From Fimbriosthenelais zetlandica (Eukaryota), in NCBI GenBank assembly GCA_977030845.1, contig OZ365113.1, positions 39,370,001 to 39,434,000 of the forward strand: DNA of 64,000 nt, read 5' to 3'. Positions 38,094 to 52,713 of this stretch are shown in pieces; position 1 is the first letter of the stretch, and every line of letters begins with the position of its first letter. The position numbers were made by a program, and so were the translations under genes. The notes below the pieces were generated by a model, which was given only the letters and a program-made list of their open reading frames with translations, had not been told where the DNA came from and searched no databases.

Positions 38094-39343
38094 GTGCCTC
38101 AGAGTAACCTGAGTGCCTCTTGTTCCATGCATGTTAGAGGAGGTTGGACTGAGAGCGGGGGAGATGATCTAGCCTCATCCCTACCATGATGTGCCATAGC
38201 TCAATGTCAAGCGGTCGAGGGCATCTGGACTTGATTGAAGTGTGTACAACATATTCAACATCAGCAAATAGATCATCGTTAGCCCCTGCCACATCCCATC
38301 TCCCGATCTATAGCTCTCACTCGCCCCTAATCCAGACTGGAGCCCCCACTCATGTACCTCCTGCGATAGCCATATACCTTACCCCTCACTCACATTAACA
38401 GAATTATTTATGTACAATATGTATACCCTTGCAAGATTTCTGCCACTCTTGAAAGTTATATTGGACAAAACACTGATAAAGTCAGCACATGGTATGTATT
38501 TAACGATAGTTGGTAGAGTCTAGGGGTATAATTGTTTCTTCGAGGGAGTATCCCCTGTAAAACATCCAAATGACTTGAAAGAAATCTGAAATGTAAAACC
38601 TGTAGTGGTTGGAAAATAAAAACGTCCATGCTGACACAAAACCCTGTCTGTTTATCAATATCCTGTTTCTGACAGACTGTCTAGTATGAGCATCAATCAC
38701 CTGTCAGCTTTGCCCCAGCAGAAATATACTCCCAAACAGCTGTGCTTTGGAATTATCGCTAAAGGGACAGTTGTCAAATACATCAACTTTTCCCAGTTTT
38801 CTTGCAGTAAACAAAAACCTAATGTCATTTAATCTGGCTATGGATGGGCCCATCAAAAAGGTGGAATTTTCCTATGGAGAAAAAGCTACTCACGACATGT
38901 TGTTTGAAGACACAGTGTCTTCTCTTTTCAAGGATTAAAACAGTGGAACAGGAGACAAATGATGGAAATTTGTAGAGAAGTGAAGTAGTTAGGAAGAATG
39001 ATGAATGACAAGGTTTGGCTCCATGATAAGTATTCACGAATTACGAATATCTTTTCTCTCCTATCTGTCCTTTAATCTATAAGGAAAAGTCTCTCCAAAG
39101 GAAAGGGCAAACGGACTTTGACAAAGGGTTAGTTGCCAATTTAATTTAGAGGCCATCCGAGTCCTTGTGATTTCTTATGGATTGGAAAGTTAAGCTGGGT
39201 CATTAGTGAAACAGTTATTTGAAGTGGAGGAACTTGAGGTGTGGTCCGTTGCAATAACACGTTAAAGGTTATGAGTGTAGTTTATTTTGTTTTTAAGTTT
39301 TATGTGGCCCTTCATCATTGTGCATGGTATGTCACATATCTCA

Positions 39344-39353
39344 CGCATGCGCA
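39344..39353. promoter_or_regulatory. NRF1/Ewg site
   Basis: CGCATGCGCA. Confidence 0.35.
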
Positions 39354-42300
39354 ACAAGGCGGAAATAATCAAGAATGATGTAGTACTCTACAGCCGAACA
39401 GGCGATAAGAAATAAAACATGCAATGTTGCTTACATAAATCTCATTTGTTTTAATGATAAATAAGACAGGATATGGATCGCCGAATTCCCCTCTATCAAT
39501 CTAAAATAATGCCATGTGCCTTTGTCATGATGAATCTGACAATTTATTTTTTTGTTCCACATGGTATTGTTCCGCACAGTATTATGTTGGGTTGGCAGTA
39601 CAGTTGTCTGCCGTATCGACACAAGTCTACGGAGAAACAAATAGCTTGCCATCTGAAACGAGAGAGTGGCACTGTGTATTTACATACAGACTATAGCCCT
39701 CTGGTGTGCGGTAAGCAAGACTTTGGGCCCCCAGACTGGTGCCACTGGGTCAAAAAGCTTCAAGTCTTTTGGTCTGACCATCCTTCATCTGGTGCCATCT
39801 GACACAGAATTCCTTTGGAGAAGTTCGATGAATCACTCGAAGAAGACAAGCAAGCGCAGCCATCAGTGACCACAGGGGTGTCACGATGACCAATTGTCAG
39901 AGTGATGGATCTAAGTCGAGAGAATTCAGAGGTTATGTACTATAGCTGGAGTGGCCGGCCAGGAGACTGAGGCTTTAAGGCAAGTGTGTATCCAGGAGTG
40001 TGAATCATCAATTTACCATGATTGATTTGCCAGATCCTTCTGATTCATCTTGATTTGTGTGTTACAAGTGCCAATATCAATGGCAGTTGAGTGATCAGCT
40101 CAGTACCAAAGAGGCCCACTAATACTCTTCCCCGGATCTCCTCATTCCTCCTCCTACTTCTCTCTCTCTCTACTCCGCCTCCGCCTCCTGCGCCCACAGA
40201 TTCATATGGACCCCAAAAACATTTGTAGCCAACTTTGGAGTCCAGATGGGAAACCAGCAGGCCGTGGATGGTGGTAGAGCAAACGTCAGTTCACCTAGCC
40301 CAGACTGAAGGCTGTGGATTCTCTTCTTCATCATATGTTAGAGAGCAGTGGGTATAGGACAGGAGTGCAGGTCGTTTATATTGATTTGTATCTCACACCA
40401 TTATGTCCCTGTTGAGGGGGAACACAGGTCATTCGTCTGTCCCGGTCTCTTATCCCAGCGGACGGCATGGCCGCGACTCCACTTGGCAAACATCAATAAT
40501 AAATCCAAATCCCTCAGATATGACCCCTCTCTCTTTTCTCTCTCCACTGAAGCTGGGACCAGACCCCCACACCCGACTCACCCCTTGGCTCCATCATAGG
40601 TCAACAATGTCCATGGGGAAGAAGTCCCAAACCTTCTGTGCACCCACAACACACATCCATAACCCAATTTATATCAATGAAGCTGGGATATGCAGTGGAA
40701 TACCATTGGGATTATTTATATATTTAGGTAGGATGGAAGATATCTGTGATCTACAGCTACTAGTGATAACTGTTTTAGACATTTTAAATTTCAACTATGT
40801 GCACTATTGCCTTTCAAGTACAGATATAATCCCCTTGTACAATAAAGGGGTATACAAAAGCAAATGTTTGTCTCCATCAATTGTATGAAAAATGGCCTTT
40901 ATTTGTAGTATACGTCGGTATATATAATACTCATCATATAGCTTTCAAGAAGTCCATTAACTTCCTCAGAAGTCTGGGAGATATTGTGTTTTATAAATGT
41001 GCTGTAATCCACTGCACAACTATTTTCACGTGACATTTAATTTCAATCTGAACCACTATATATACATATTCTACTTTACAATAAGGCCATTCCACTGTAA
41101 ACTCTGTGCTAAAACTGTTTTCCAAAAGAGTTACACAATGAGAAAGTAGCAAAGTTGAATGAAATAAGCAAAAGAGAGAGGTAGAGAAAGTGAAGTAGGT
41201 GATCTTTAAAAGGTGCACAATCACAAACGGTTGGATTGACGTGCGTGTCTGACTTCTGAGGGCATTGGGGGCACAAGCCATTACGTCCCTGCGCATGGTT
41301 GGCCTAGGTGAGCGCCCACTCGCCTTTGAAGTGGACATCACTAAGATTATCCATCCCCTAATCACCATTATAAAGGACAATCCGACCACTCTCTAGCAAT
41401 AATCCCTCTTTTCTTTCCTCCTCAACCCCTGACCCTGTGTCTATAAATGTCAATCTTCCATTCTCTCTGGCCGGGCCCAAAAGCTGCGCTTGTCAGGGTT
41501 ACTGTTCATTTTGAGTATGACCTTTTGTCTTTCGCCGAGGTCAGAGGGATGGGGTGACTTTATTTAAGTCTTGGGACACTCGGTGACCCACCTGTCGTAG
41601 CGACCTTTGAGAGGTGGAGACTTGGTGCTGACAGGACAAGAATTAGAAACCAGGAGGGACAGCGGCTAGAGATGTGGGCTGTACGTGGGAGCCTTCAATC
41701 AATGCTATATATTTGCTGCTCCTTCCTCTCAGCCTTGCACCCCAGGAATAACACCCACCAATGCAGTTTCTAGTTGTCTCTCTGTTGTAACCATGCAGTA
41801 CCTTAGAATCTAGTGCAAAATTCTTATCTGCATTTCCACAGTTCAAAGCATCAGAACTACAAGTTGAAAATACAATGTATGAGTAGATGCATCTAATAAT
41901 AGACTATAGTCATCGGCACTTTTATGGACGACTCCTGCAGGCACGGGACAATTCATCCAACAATACCTAAGTTTATTCCTCGATAAAGTAGTTTGCAAAG
42001 ATATAATAAATACAGTAGTGGAACCAGTTGCCCCTTGTGTGCCAGGACACAATCATTCATGTCAAGAGGTCCCATTAATTACCCATTTGTGGGTTCACAT
42101 TGTCTTTCCCGTGCTATCTGAGTAATTGATCAACCAACGGCTTAGAGCCTGACGCTGGACAAACAACCCCAAAAGACTACTGACCTCAATGGCCAGTTCT
42201 CTGTCTTGATGTACTGGCACTGACTGACCATGAGGACGGTGATGGATGGCAGTTTGCCACCCACCCCACATAAAGCCCTCGGAAGTGGTCAAGCCACTGT

Positions 42301-42463
42301 GCCTGTCACGCCAATGCGCAAAACTGAATTTCATGGCCCTGTTCATCATTACATCTAATTTACTCGGTGTCTGTCACTGGGCCGCCGCAGATGCTGCCTT
42401 TTCTTCGCCGGGGTCCACCGGGTCCAGGGAGCAGCATCGGCTTGATGGAATTACAGCCCACTC

Positions 42464-42503
42464 TGACATCACTTCCGGTCCAGGTTGGCCCCTCCTGACG
42501 TCA
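42464..42503 (-). promoter_or_regulatory. ETS-CRE composite plus a full CRE
   Basis: CCGGAAGTGATGTCA on the minus strand (42478-42464); TGACGTCA at 42496. Confidence 0.45.
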
Positions 42504-44044
42504 CGTTTGCCTTGGCCACATTCAAACATGCTCGCTACAATTAGAGTCAAACTTATTAAGTCGCGAGTTGTCTGCCTCGTGTGTCCAATCTTTTTCAGAG
42601 ATATGTCAGATAATTGTGAAATGTGGATTGACAGTTGTCAGTGCCTATTTGGGCCAGTGAATGGCAGTAGGGGAGGTTGGGATCTTATTAGCATATTTCC
42701 GCGTTGACATCGCTGGCCGGGGTCGGTGTGAGCAGTTCAGACAATCGGTCAGAGGGAGCAGCTCACTGTATTGTAGGCCAGATCTACACCACCCTAACCG
42801 CCCACCGAGTGAGTGATTGGCCTCTCATTGGAGTGACATTCACTGTTACAGCATATATTTTTAATAGTGGCTAGGGTGACTGGGTAAAGGGCATAACTGG
42901 TGGGAGGAGGAAGAGGTTGGGTCAGCCCTTCTCTCTCTTCCTACAACCAGGCCACACTGGACTGACAGCCACCTACATGCATACATACACGCACATAGAG
43001 ATAGTGGTGCTGTTACTAGAGCCTGAAGAATAGGCCCAACTCCATGTCCATCTAACGTCACCAATGGCCTCTAGCTGTATTACTCAACACTGACCAGCCT
43101 TGGCCATTCTCTAACGGCCCTCTATATATATACATGTGGTCGCCAGTAACCGACCACTTTATCCACTAAACCCCAGAGGCCTTGCACTATATACTCAATG
43201 ATGCTTACAAAGTGCTCATTCCTTTCTCAGCCACGCCAGGCATTAAAGTCTTTCTGGCTTGCAAATACCAAGCAGCATCCTCATGATCTCTCTGTGTAAT
43301 CTGAAGAGATTCTGGTTCTTGGATGTTCTTGGCAGGAAGCAGACTAAGAGGTATTATATCCATAATCCTGGGGATACTTTCATTGACAATCGCTGTATTA
43401 TCTATCACACATAGGGGGAGATGAAGAAAGGTCATTTTGGTGCTTGAGGCAGGTGTCGGGGGTTAGGGGCTGTTTACTTTAGCTGTCCTGGCTGGGGCAA
43501 TACAAGATCATATCAGGTCAGGGGACACAATCATGTTCTTGCCCTCCAATACTCGGAAGACCCGAGAAATGTCCTGCAGCGGTACTTAAGCCATTTCGAT
43601 AGCTATTTCTACCCTGCCAGGTCTTTCCAGTACCTACACAATTACATTGCAAAAAGAAGAGGATTTCGTGAAATATTCATGTGGATCTTATTGAGGTAAT
43701 CATTCACCGATTGAGTCAGGATATCCATACACATCAGGCTGTCAGGGGAACAATCATCTTGTTTATTTCCCACCGATATGATTGATCTAACCGCACTTAA
43801 TCTTTTTACCTCCAGACACCCGGGGATATACACACAGCAGACTATGTGGGAAAATAGTCGGGAGTATCATGTCTCCTTTATGTATAGACTTGCAAATAGA
43901 TAAAACTAGTAGAATAGCAAATCATGTGTGCTAAGTCGTGGGCCCGTCAACGTACGGATGATATATAGCGACTTTTTAGGAGGAAACGCACCTTGCCTTG
44001 TTCCGAAACTGTCCGGGAGGTGCGCATAAACTACTCAGGCCAAA

Positions 44045-44097
44045 TCACGTGACGCGGCCGCCATTGTCTGCAGCCAGATCACTAAGTGTTTTATATA
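44045..44097 (-). promoter_or_regulatory. Candidate minus-strand TATA promoter (TSS about 44065)
   Basis: TATAAAA starts at 44095; a CA start lies 30 nt downstream; YY1-like AATGGCGGC at +1; GTCACGTGA E-box at 44053-44045. Confidence 0.4.
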
Positions 44098-45410
44098 CAC
44101 GCCTATCTGAGGGGGGAACATAAAACTGAACACTTTATTTCCTACATCAATGAAAGCTTGCTACATCAGGTCTTCAGTCTTAGGGGGGTTTAATGTCAGG
44201 TGAATTTGGAGGGAACAATGAGAGCAGTGACATGTGTGTGATTGTGACATTCTTGTTTTCTGTCAAGGATCAGTCTCCAGGCAGAATGAGTGTTTGTCAT
44301 ATATGCCTGAAGGGAGGGTGCGTATAGGCTGGTATATATATATAAGGGAGGCTAAAAGAATGAAGGGAATAGACTTCAAGTGAGGACATTATCAAATGGA
44401 CTGATCGTCCTCCTGGCTGGCCAACAGGGAAAGATATTAGAATAATTAAGTCTGACATATTAACTCATGTTAACACTCAATCTGATTATAGAGTGGAATA
44501 AATAGGATACGGTCTGGTGATAAAAGTTCTTAAGACCATGCCCCATAATTTTAAGAATGCGTCCATATGAACTCATATCGTATTCATTCCCCACAACAGT
44601 TTATAGCTAATTAAAGCAGAATACATACTTCATGATCTTTCAATGGTGATTAGCATTACGCGTTGGGCATAGGGAGAATCAAATAGTTGATCAGACGAGC
44701 ATTCTAAATCAGCTCACATCAAACTGGATAAAGCATTTTAATTCTTGTAATAAACACCTCAATTATCACGTGCTTTCTTAAGGGAACTAATTAACAACCT
44801 TCTCACGTGGCTTTAATAATTGATTCCCTTCATGCCTAGGTAAATTAGTGGTAGTTTTTCCAGGCGCTGGAAAGCGAGAGGAGGACAGAGGGGGAGATAG
44901 GAGGGGGTGGGAGCATCTCCTAATTTGGCAGAGGGAGAGGAGTTGTGTAGAGTTGGTGTGGAAGGTGTGTCAGACTGGGTTACTGCCCTTCATGTCAGAT
45001 TGTCAGGTCTGGGGTAGAAAGTGGTGATAGTGTGTGTGAGGGTAGGTAGGGGTGTGTGAGTGATAATATATTAGGGGAGTGGCGAGTAAAATTATTTATA
45101 TATGCTCTGAGGAATCGACAGTAACAAATATTATTTGATTGAAAACTGTGCATAAATTTATAATCAAAGTATATGTGATAAATATTAAATGAATAATGTG
45201 ATACTATTTATATGTTATATTATCTTCAAGGGCATTGCGCAGACGTTCTTCCTATTAATGACATTATATTAGGTTTGAGACCAATTGGACAAATAAGGAT
45301 GAGATCAAGCTTCTCGACAGGGATCCCAGTATTGGATGATCCATCCTTTAAGACGGGGAAACCAGTTAATACACGTCTGCGGCTTGATCTCTTAACTGTC
45401 CTGATCCGCG

Positions 45411-45797
45411 CCAATCGGAACGTAATTACTTCCGTTTCCGGCTTGGCGAGTGACTGGGCACGAGGCTCTCGCCCCGCCTCTCACGCCGTCTCGCGAGACT
45501 TGATTAAAGTGGCCATGCGCATTAGGTAGGAGGAGGAAGCGGGAAGAAGAAAGGTGGACAAGGTGGGAAGGGGTTGGGGGCTGGTGGGAGGAGGCTGGGT
45601 GACAGTCAACCAGAGCTGTCACTCACACCTGTCATGGTGCTTGTCACGTGACTCAGGTAGGCTACACCAACCACACCCACCTCCCACCCCCACCCCCACC
45701 CCCCATCAACCCACCCAAACAAGGCAGCCTGGACCCTACACCTCCCTCCAATCCAACCACCCATCAGTCCTCAACACCTCTCCGTTGCTATGGCAAC
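45411..45797. promoter_or_regulatory. Dense promoter-grammar island
   Basis: CCAAT 45411, ETS 45428 and 45435, GC box 45471, TCTCGCGAGA 45489, NRF1-like 45514, three TGACAG/CTGTCA 45600-45634, GTCACGTGAC 45643, X-box GTTGCTATGGCAAC 45784. Confidence 0.6.
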
Positions 45798-48700
45798 TCA
45801 GATGGTCCTGACAGGGTCGATCTGCACCTGGTCGCCATGGCTTAAAAAAACTAGGCCGTTAATAATGAAAACCTCCAAGACGATGACAATAAAACCATCC
45901 TCGACAATCAGCCCCACGTAACTGACAATTTATTTATTTTTATTTTATGATATTAAAATTATTTCAATATCCCTTGACAGTTTATTCTACCTGCTATTGG
46001 TTTAAATCTGGTTGTAAAGTTCTTTATTTTACCTCATAGTTATCAAAGTCCAAATCAGGTTAGTTTTAGATTGCCCCTATATCGGGCAGCAGGAGTCTAA
46101 ATGGATGATGTGTCAAGTAAATATGTTCCCACGAATCAAATACAAATGCTCCTATAAAAAACCCTATACAATATACGATATTTAATCATGTCATAAATCT
46201 TGAATGATGCATACACGAGCATTTATTAAACCCTGGGTGATCCATGACTCACAGTTCACATACATATCAATTGACTAAACACATATTTACATATCCAGTA
46301 CTACTGGCATATACAGTCTATATACATAATGATATTATCACCCGGGAAGACCTCCTTCGAAGTTGGCCATGAATAGGCATCATATCTGAGATCAATCAAT
46401 GATGGTTTATGCTTCTTCTGTTTCTTGAAGCACGGACTATGAGACTTAATGGGGTTTTCAAAATCTACAACCTAGCCTCAACACTTACAGTCCTCCTCGG
46501 GTTGTAAGAAAGTCCACGAAAAGATGGGCCAGGAAGAGTATATATATAAAGGATAAACATTGGAATGGCAACCAAATCAATTATCCCATTTTATCCCAAT
46601 CAGTAGGCACAATGCATTTATACTCAGCTATCATCATCATCTTGCCAGGACCAAGATTGAGCTAACCACCATGCTCGAGCTATGCACCAGCCTTGGTCTT
46701 CACCAGACTCCAGTTGGTAAGATGGAGGAGGAGGACTATAGGCCTGACGACATGCTGCCTCTCTCTATGATGGGAGGGTGATCTACGCCTGGGCGTTGAC
46801 AGGCTAAAACCCGCCATTTCCTGCGTGTTGTCGTCTGTACAGCCTGACCAGGAAGACTAAATCATCTCTTGTCACTCCTGTCTACCTTGTCACCCTCACC
46901 ACAATGAAGGGGTGCAGATCTACTTCTCAAGACCTGGCCCGCTGCCACCCTCGCGTGGCAGGGGCGCTTTTGGAAAAACAAGTGAAGGCCGAGAAGCAAA
47001 TCATTTACAAGTTCATATTGCCAGTCACTCGGTGTCAACCTAACACTTAAAATAGGGGAGAAATTGGTAGGAAACAATAAATACCCAAACAGTTTCTATA
47101 TCTTTCCCGATACTCATTCATTTTTTGTACAGCCAACATCAATGATTTTTAATATATCATGGATAAATGTAAAAGATTACATTTTACATAAATATATGAG
47201 TGGCAAATGGGTATCACAACAAAAATGTGATTGACAAATGGGGGTCGTGACAACCAGCTATTAGCAGACTGTATTTGTCTTTAATCACACACGGTACTGT
47301 CACTCATCTACGATAGAAATAAACACAAATTCAAATACATGTCATGTACGTGAATCCCAGCCCTTATAATCATTTGACATCTCAATTTAACATTTACTCC
47401 AATACATTATATGTATATCAATGGAATAATTCAGATCTGAACTCGAAATTCCAAGCTTTTTTCCATCTATAATCCTTGATAAATAATCCGAGCAACCAAA
47501 TGCACACATCGTTCAGCCACTCAACCCTAAACCCTCGAGCAGTGATCGGGGTCATCTCATTAAAATGTCATCTGATCTGATCTGAGTGATCTGAGAAATA
47601 TGCTGCGGGGAAGCCATCTGACGTCTAATAGCGGGCCATCTAACCCATGATCACGGACATCGATCCCGTATAGTCTGAAGAGGTAGAAAACAAGAAGGAT
47701 GTCACTGCTGCATGACCACATCTGCCTAGCCACCCTCTAAGCTGTCAGGTGCGCTGATTAGCGGCGTGATAACCACTAATTTACAGGTGTAACCCAGTCA
47801 AGGGCTCCTGATCAAGCAAGCCTACTGACTCGGCCATCTCAATTCATCAACGATTTTCTGGTACAAAACAGCTGTGGGCTTTTTGCTTGGTTAGAATTCA
47901 TCTTTTGATGATTGAAAAAAAAACCCCAAAAGACAGGTAGAGAAACACCTGGTTTGAACTGCTTTTGCAATGGCAAAAAGTATTATTGTTGTATAAGATT
48001 TCTTGGAAAATCTATTTAATTGAAAGTAGCTCAAACAGAACCTAATATAGATTCAAACTGATTGTTCTGCCTAATATAGTAATCAACCACCTCAATTATA
48101 TGTTAGTTAATTATACATTAATCCCTACATGTACATGCATCCTTTCATTCTTCCTATATTAATCAAAGGAAACCCCTCAACCCAGAACCTTCCATTAAAT
48201 ACATAATTACAATCATTTCTCTAACGTATGGGCTTGTTGTTAACAGGAGACAAAGTACCATAAATTTATCTGTTCGTCACTAATTAGATAAACCCTGCAG
48301 GTTTAACTTTTTTATCCGAGGTGCATTTCCTGGTCTTTTGTTCAACATGGGTGGTAACGTACATGATACGTCACAAGACAAGTTAATGGCTTTTCATGCT
48401 GTATAGCCTCTATGGGTGTGAAGATTGTCTGGTGCAGGGTATAGATACAGTGTATAGGTTTGTGATAGAGACCATTGTGAGGGAAACCATTAACAAGGGC
48501 CAATCAACCGCGACCCCATCAGTTGTTCGTGACAAATATCATAACCAATCGACTCTCTCCAGGGGAAACTGGATGATTGAGGTACAAATGATGAATAACT
48601 TCCGTGCCGCATCTGGTTTATTTAAACTGTTCTTTATCATCTAGGATCAGGCTTTTGTTCTAAGCAAGGGGTAAAAGCAAAGGCAGCATGGATCTGTTGA

Positions 48701-51402
48701 GGGAATAGTCAGGGGTAGCCATGGGGGGGTTGCTTCTTCCGACCTAGTTCAGAGAACAATGATAAACAAGGTCATTCATCACCTAGATGACTTGAGTGTC
48801 GTGACCAAGGTAAGTTCATCTGACATTTCTCACATAAATCCTCATCATTTCCGGTAGGAATATCAAGCGCACACAAACACACACCACTTTATGAAGTTGC
48901 CTAAATTGATTTAGCATACAGACCACTTGCATCTGGCAAAAATGGCACTGTTTGGCAGCCATGGGATTTTTAACAGTCGCCGAGGTCATTCTATCATTCT
49001 AGATAGCTGGTGCCTTGGAGCCCCGTTATGACAGGACACAATTCCGAGTGAGTAATTTTCTCCTTATCATCCTAGCTTTATGATCGACTACTCTTTTCTT
49101 TTAAGGAATTCGTAATAACGCCGAGCTAATGACAGAAAAAAGGCCTACTTGCCATCCATCTATCACTATAATCATAACGTATGAGGCCTTAGAGATAAGA
49201 CAAGATAGATCTTGATAACTTTTCCTGAAGTATCCCATGATTCTAGCAGCGTCCGAAGCAGCAGATTCTCCGACATGATATTGCTGCCAGAAAAAACGAG
49301 CCAGGAAAAACGAGCGAGCAATATGTCTTCATTTAAGACATGATGGCTGTCCCAAATGCAGTCTCACGTCAGAGAGAAAACAAACCGACGGCGTCATTGT
49401 CAGAGTTAATTTTTGATTGACATCCAAGCAAAATGGGGGTTGGCTCCAACTTTAGACATTATAGTCAGAGATTCCTGATGTAATATATTGTTTAATTAGG
49501 AAAGGCAGACAGTGAAAGACATTGCACAGATCCTAGGCTCGTGGAGCTATTAATCTGTGAAATAACCAAGAAAATGGTCTGGGAACTTCAGGGAAATTGT
49601 AGAGGAATGAGATTAAATGACTGCTGTTTTCTTTACCAAAATGTAGCTTCACTGAATATATGAAAATGGAATAAGCCCAAAAAATGTATTCATTTACAAG
49701 ATTTTCAAGATAAATGAGCATGGGCCATTTTGGATTCAAAGGATCTAGCGCCACTGCATCCAGATACGCCCTCATCCTAATGGATGTTGCTGGAATCATA
49801 CCAATGAGGGTTACAAGTATAGAAATCTCCCTGGATGAGCGCCTGGTGCTTTTGACAGCTGACGAACCATGGGGGAGTATGGCAAGTCTGTTCTTTGTCG
49901 CTGGATACGGGCAAGGTGATGTGAAATGACGGGCTTGGGCAGGAGGGACAAACGGAGCGGCAGATGTATGCTGTCTGTGTCATTCTGGCCCCATCCCACT
50001 GCTTCCACCTACCATTTGTCACTGGCCATGTGCCTTTCCCACCAAGCTAGCCATCCCATCCCACCTCTTCTTTCTCATCTCTCTCCCTCACCAACAGCGC
50101 TGCTGTTCCACTCTCCTTCTCCTCTGGTCGCTCTCCCTCAGCTGGAGCCGCTCATTTAGGCAAGACCACTGATGGTGTCTCCCCCTAGTGGTGCAGACGA
50201 CCAATGGTGACCATGGCACATCTACAGTGCTTGGACTGAAGGTAGTATAGTGTGGGGGTACAAGCTGGAGGATGCAATGGTGGTAAAGGGGACTGAGGAT
50301 GAGAAGTACAAGGCTTTCAGTAGATGGTGGGTTCTTGGTGCATACATACTTTTCTGGCAGTACCAGGATTGTTCTTTGGTCCTTCAGAAATAGACTAACA
50401 CCACTGATAGATCCACCCAGTTAGATATACAATGGCAGGTCCATTGGTGGCAGAGTCAATGCCCTCTAGGTTACAAGTTGTAGAGTGAACTCTGCAATGT
50501 CCCCTCCATGTCCCCTTCACCCCTTCCTACTACCCAGTGCTACCCAGCCTTAATTCAGGGGATACTTAATGATGACATTCGTGACGACCACTACATCAAG
50601 GCAAGGTCCTCTCAAGCCCTTCTCTAACATCAGTCAAACACTGGCCAACTCGACACCAACGACGACAGGCCGGCCGGACAACAGGCCGTGTTGACTGCTT
50701 TTCGCAACAAAAATGTCCACCGAGTACTCTCTGGCTTGTCAGTGTACTGAGCCCTGAGTGTATGGTCCGTATTATATGCCGACGGTGAGGCTTTGCCATG
50801 GTCACACATTTGATCCAGCAGCGCTCCGACCTGACACTCGGAATGACAGCCTGCCACTCCAAACCCGACTCCGGCTTTCCTCTGCCAATTGCTGTCCGCT
50901 GGGCGCCACTGACATGTGTCGCTTCCACCTCACACCATGTTGTCTCTTCAACGTCACTTGGCCCCGGTCGGCAAGAGCCCATGAACCAAGCCACTTTATT
51001 TTACTTCTATTTAGTTGCCTATCAGATCTTTCAACAAATAAGCTGATTCCCCCCTGCAGTGCCGGTGCTTCGCCTCGCGACCACTTTGGCCCACGGTAAT
51101 GAAAGCGTCATGAGAAATTACTTTTTATGCCACTTTCAAATCTGAGTAATTGGTTTGTAAGTGGTTATATTTTGGACTGGTATTGACAAGAGTCTGGGAC
51201 TTGAGCCAACTCCAATCATCCCAATTCTGTCGGCACAATTTGAAATGCTGAAGAAAATTTCCCACTGTTTTGCCTCATCATTTGCCTCCCTCCTCCACCA
51301 ACCAATTCCCCTCCTACTCCCCCCTCCCCACCTTCTTCATGTCCCATTATGTGGACGTCATCCATAGAATTCTCTCTCTGCCTGATACATTTTCCCGGTT
51401 CC

Positions 51403-51430
51403 ACTTCCGGTCTGACATGGAATGACGTCA
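51403..51430. promoter_or_regulatory. ETS + CRE pair
   Basis: ACTTCCGGTC at 51403; TGACGTCA at 51423. Confidence 0.4.
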
Positions 51431-52713
51431 CAATTTACGATGTCGTGGCCTTGCATTGTTTGCTGGACATGTGAAATGTTCTGTTCGGCGTGGCTAGTGT
51501 CAGCCGTCAGGAGGTCTGGCTAGATCTGTCAGGCTTGGCGTGCAAACCTTCTGTACTGTCGACAAATGAAATATGACTGCTCGATGCACATGCCCAGGCT
51601 CAAATATCGAGTTGTTCGACAAAACGGACAGAAATCTATTCCCTTCAACCTAAAAACAAGCCATTTGTCTGCAACCTTTTCACCCTGGAATGAAATGTTT
51701 TCCTGACTAGACACCACAAAAGGAAACAATTTGGATTAATATCTACTCGTAACTAATAAATCCTTCATCAAAACCATTCAACAAAATCCACATAACGCTT
51801 CATGATAGGATAAGTTTGGGAACAAATATGATCATCCAAAATAATACAATATCATGCATTTCAGACAAAGACCTTTTCAAAGGGACAAGGGCATAGGTTG
51901 TCTTAATGAATCACAATATTCCACATACATGGAAACCATGAACTACAGGTGCATGACCCATAGTTCAAAGCAGTAGAACTCTGCTTATCAAAGTGATAAG
52001 ACAGCACCTGTATCAATGAGATATATATACAGGTAATCACCAAGCTTATCATTCGGCCCCACTGATGTTCCTGTTGTAACAAGTGCAGACAAACAGATAA
52101 AAACGGAGAGCACGTTATTAACCACTCATGTCTATATCTGATGCTTGTCTAGTATTTTACACCTGTCTCGACCACAGCAAACAAGAGGTGCACATCAAAG
52201 GGTCGCCAGGAAATAAATCAGCAATCCTTGACAAAGCAACATGACAAGTAACCATTCATGGATCAATCATTATTCCTTGACAATTTATGCATATCAATAT
52301 TTAAACGTCTGGCCCTCAATAGCATCGGATCATTTTTTATTCAACGTCTGATGTACTTGGAATTGGCTTGGTCCTTCCTTCGCTGAGCAATAAGATACAT
52401 TGAACCAAGTTTAGTGCCATGGTGAAAGACTGCAAGGTATAGAATACCCTTGTCTAATAGTGGCTTGGGCAGATAAGTACCGACTTCCGCTGATCAGTCA
52501 TGCTGTAATCATGTGGATCCTGGTAGATCTGTGTGACACAGCGTGCGAGTTGAAAGTGATAAATGCATGGGTAAATGATAGAAATCAATATCCCGCGCCT
52601 AATGCCTCCACCTCGCCTGGCACCCAAGTCTTCTCTTTTCTTAAACCTGCCTCCAACCGAGATAACCCCGCTTCTCTTACTCCTCCCATCTGCAGGGAGG
52701 CGCTGCACTTCAC

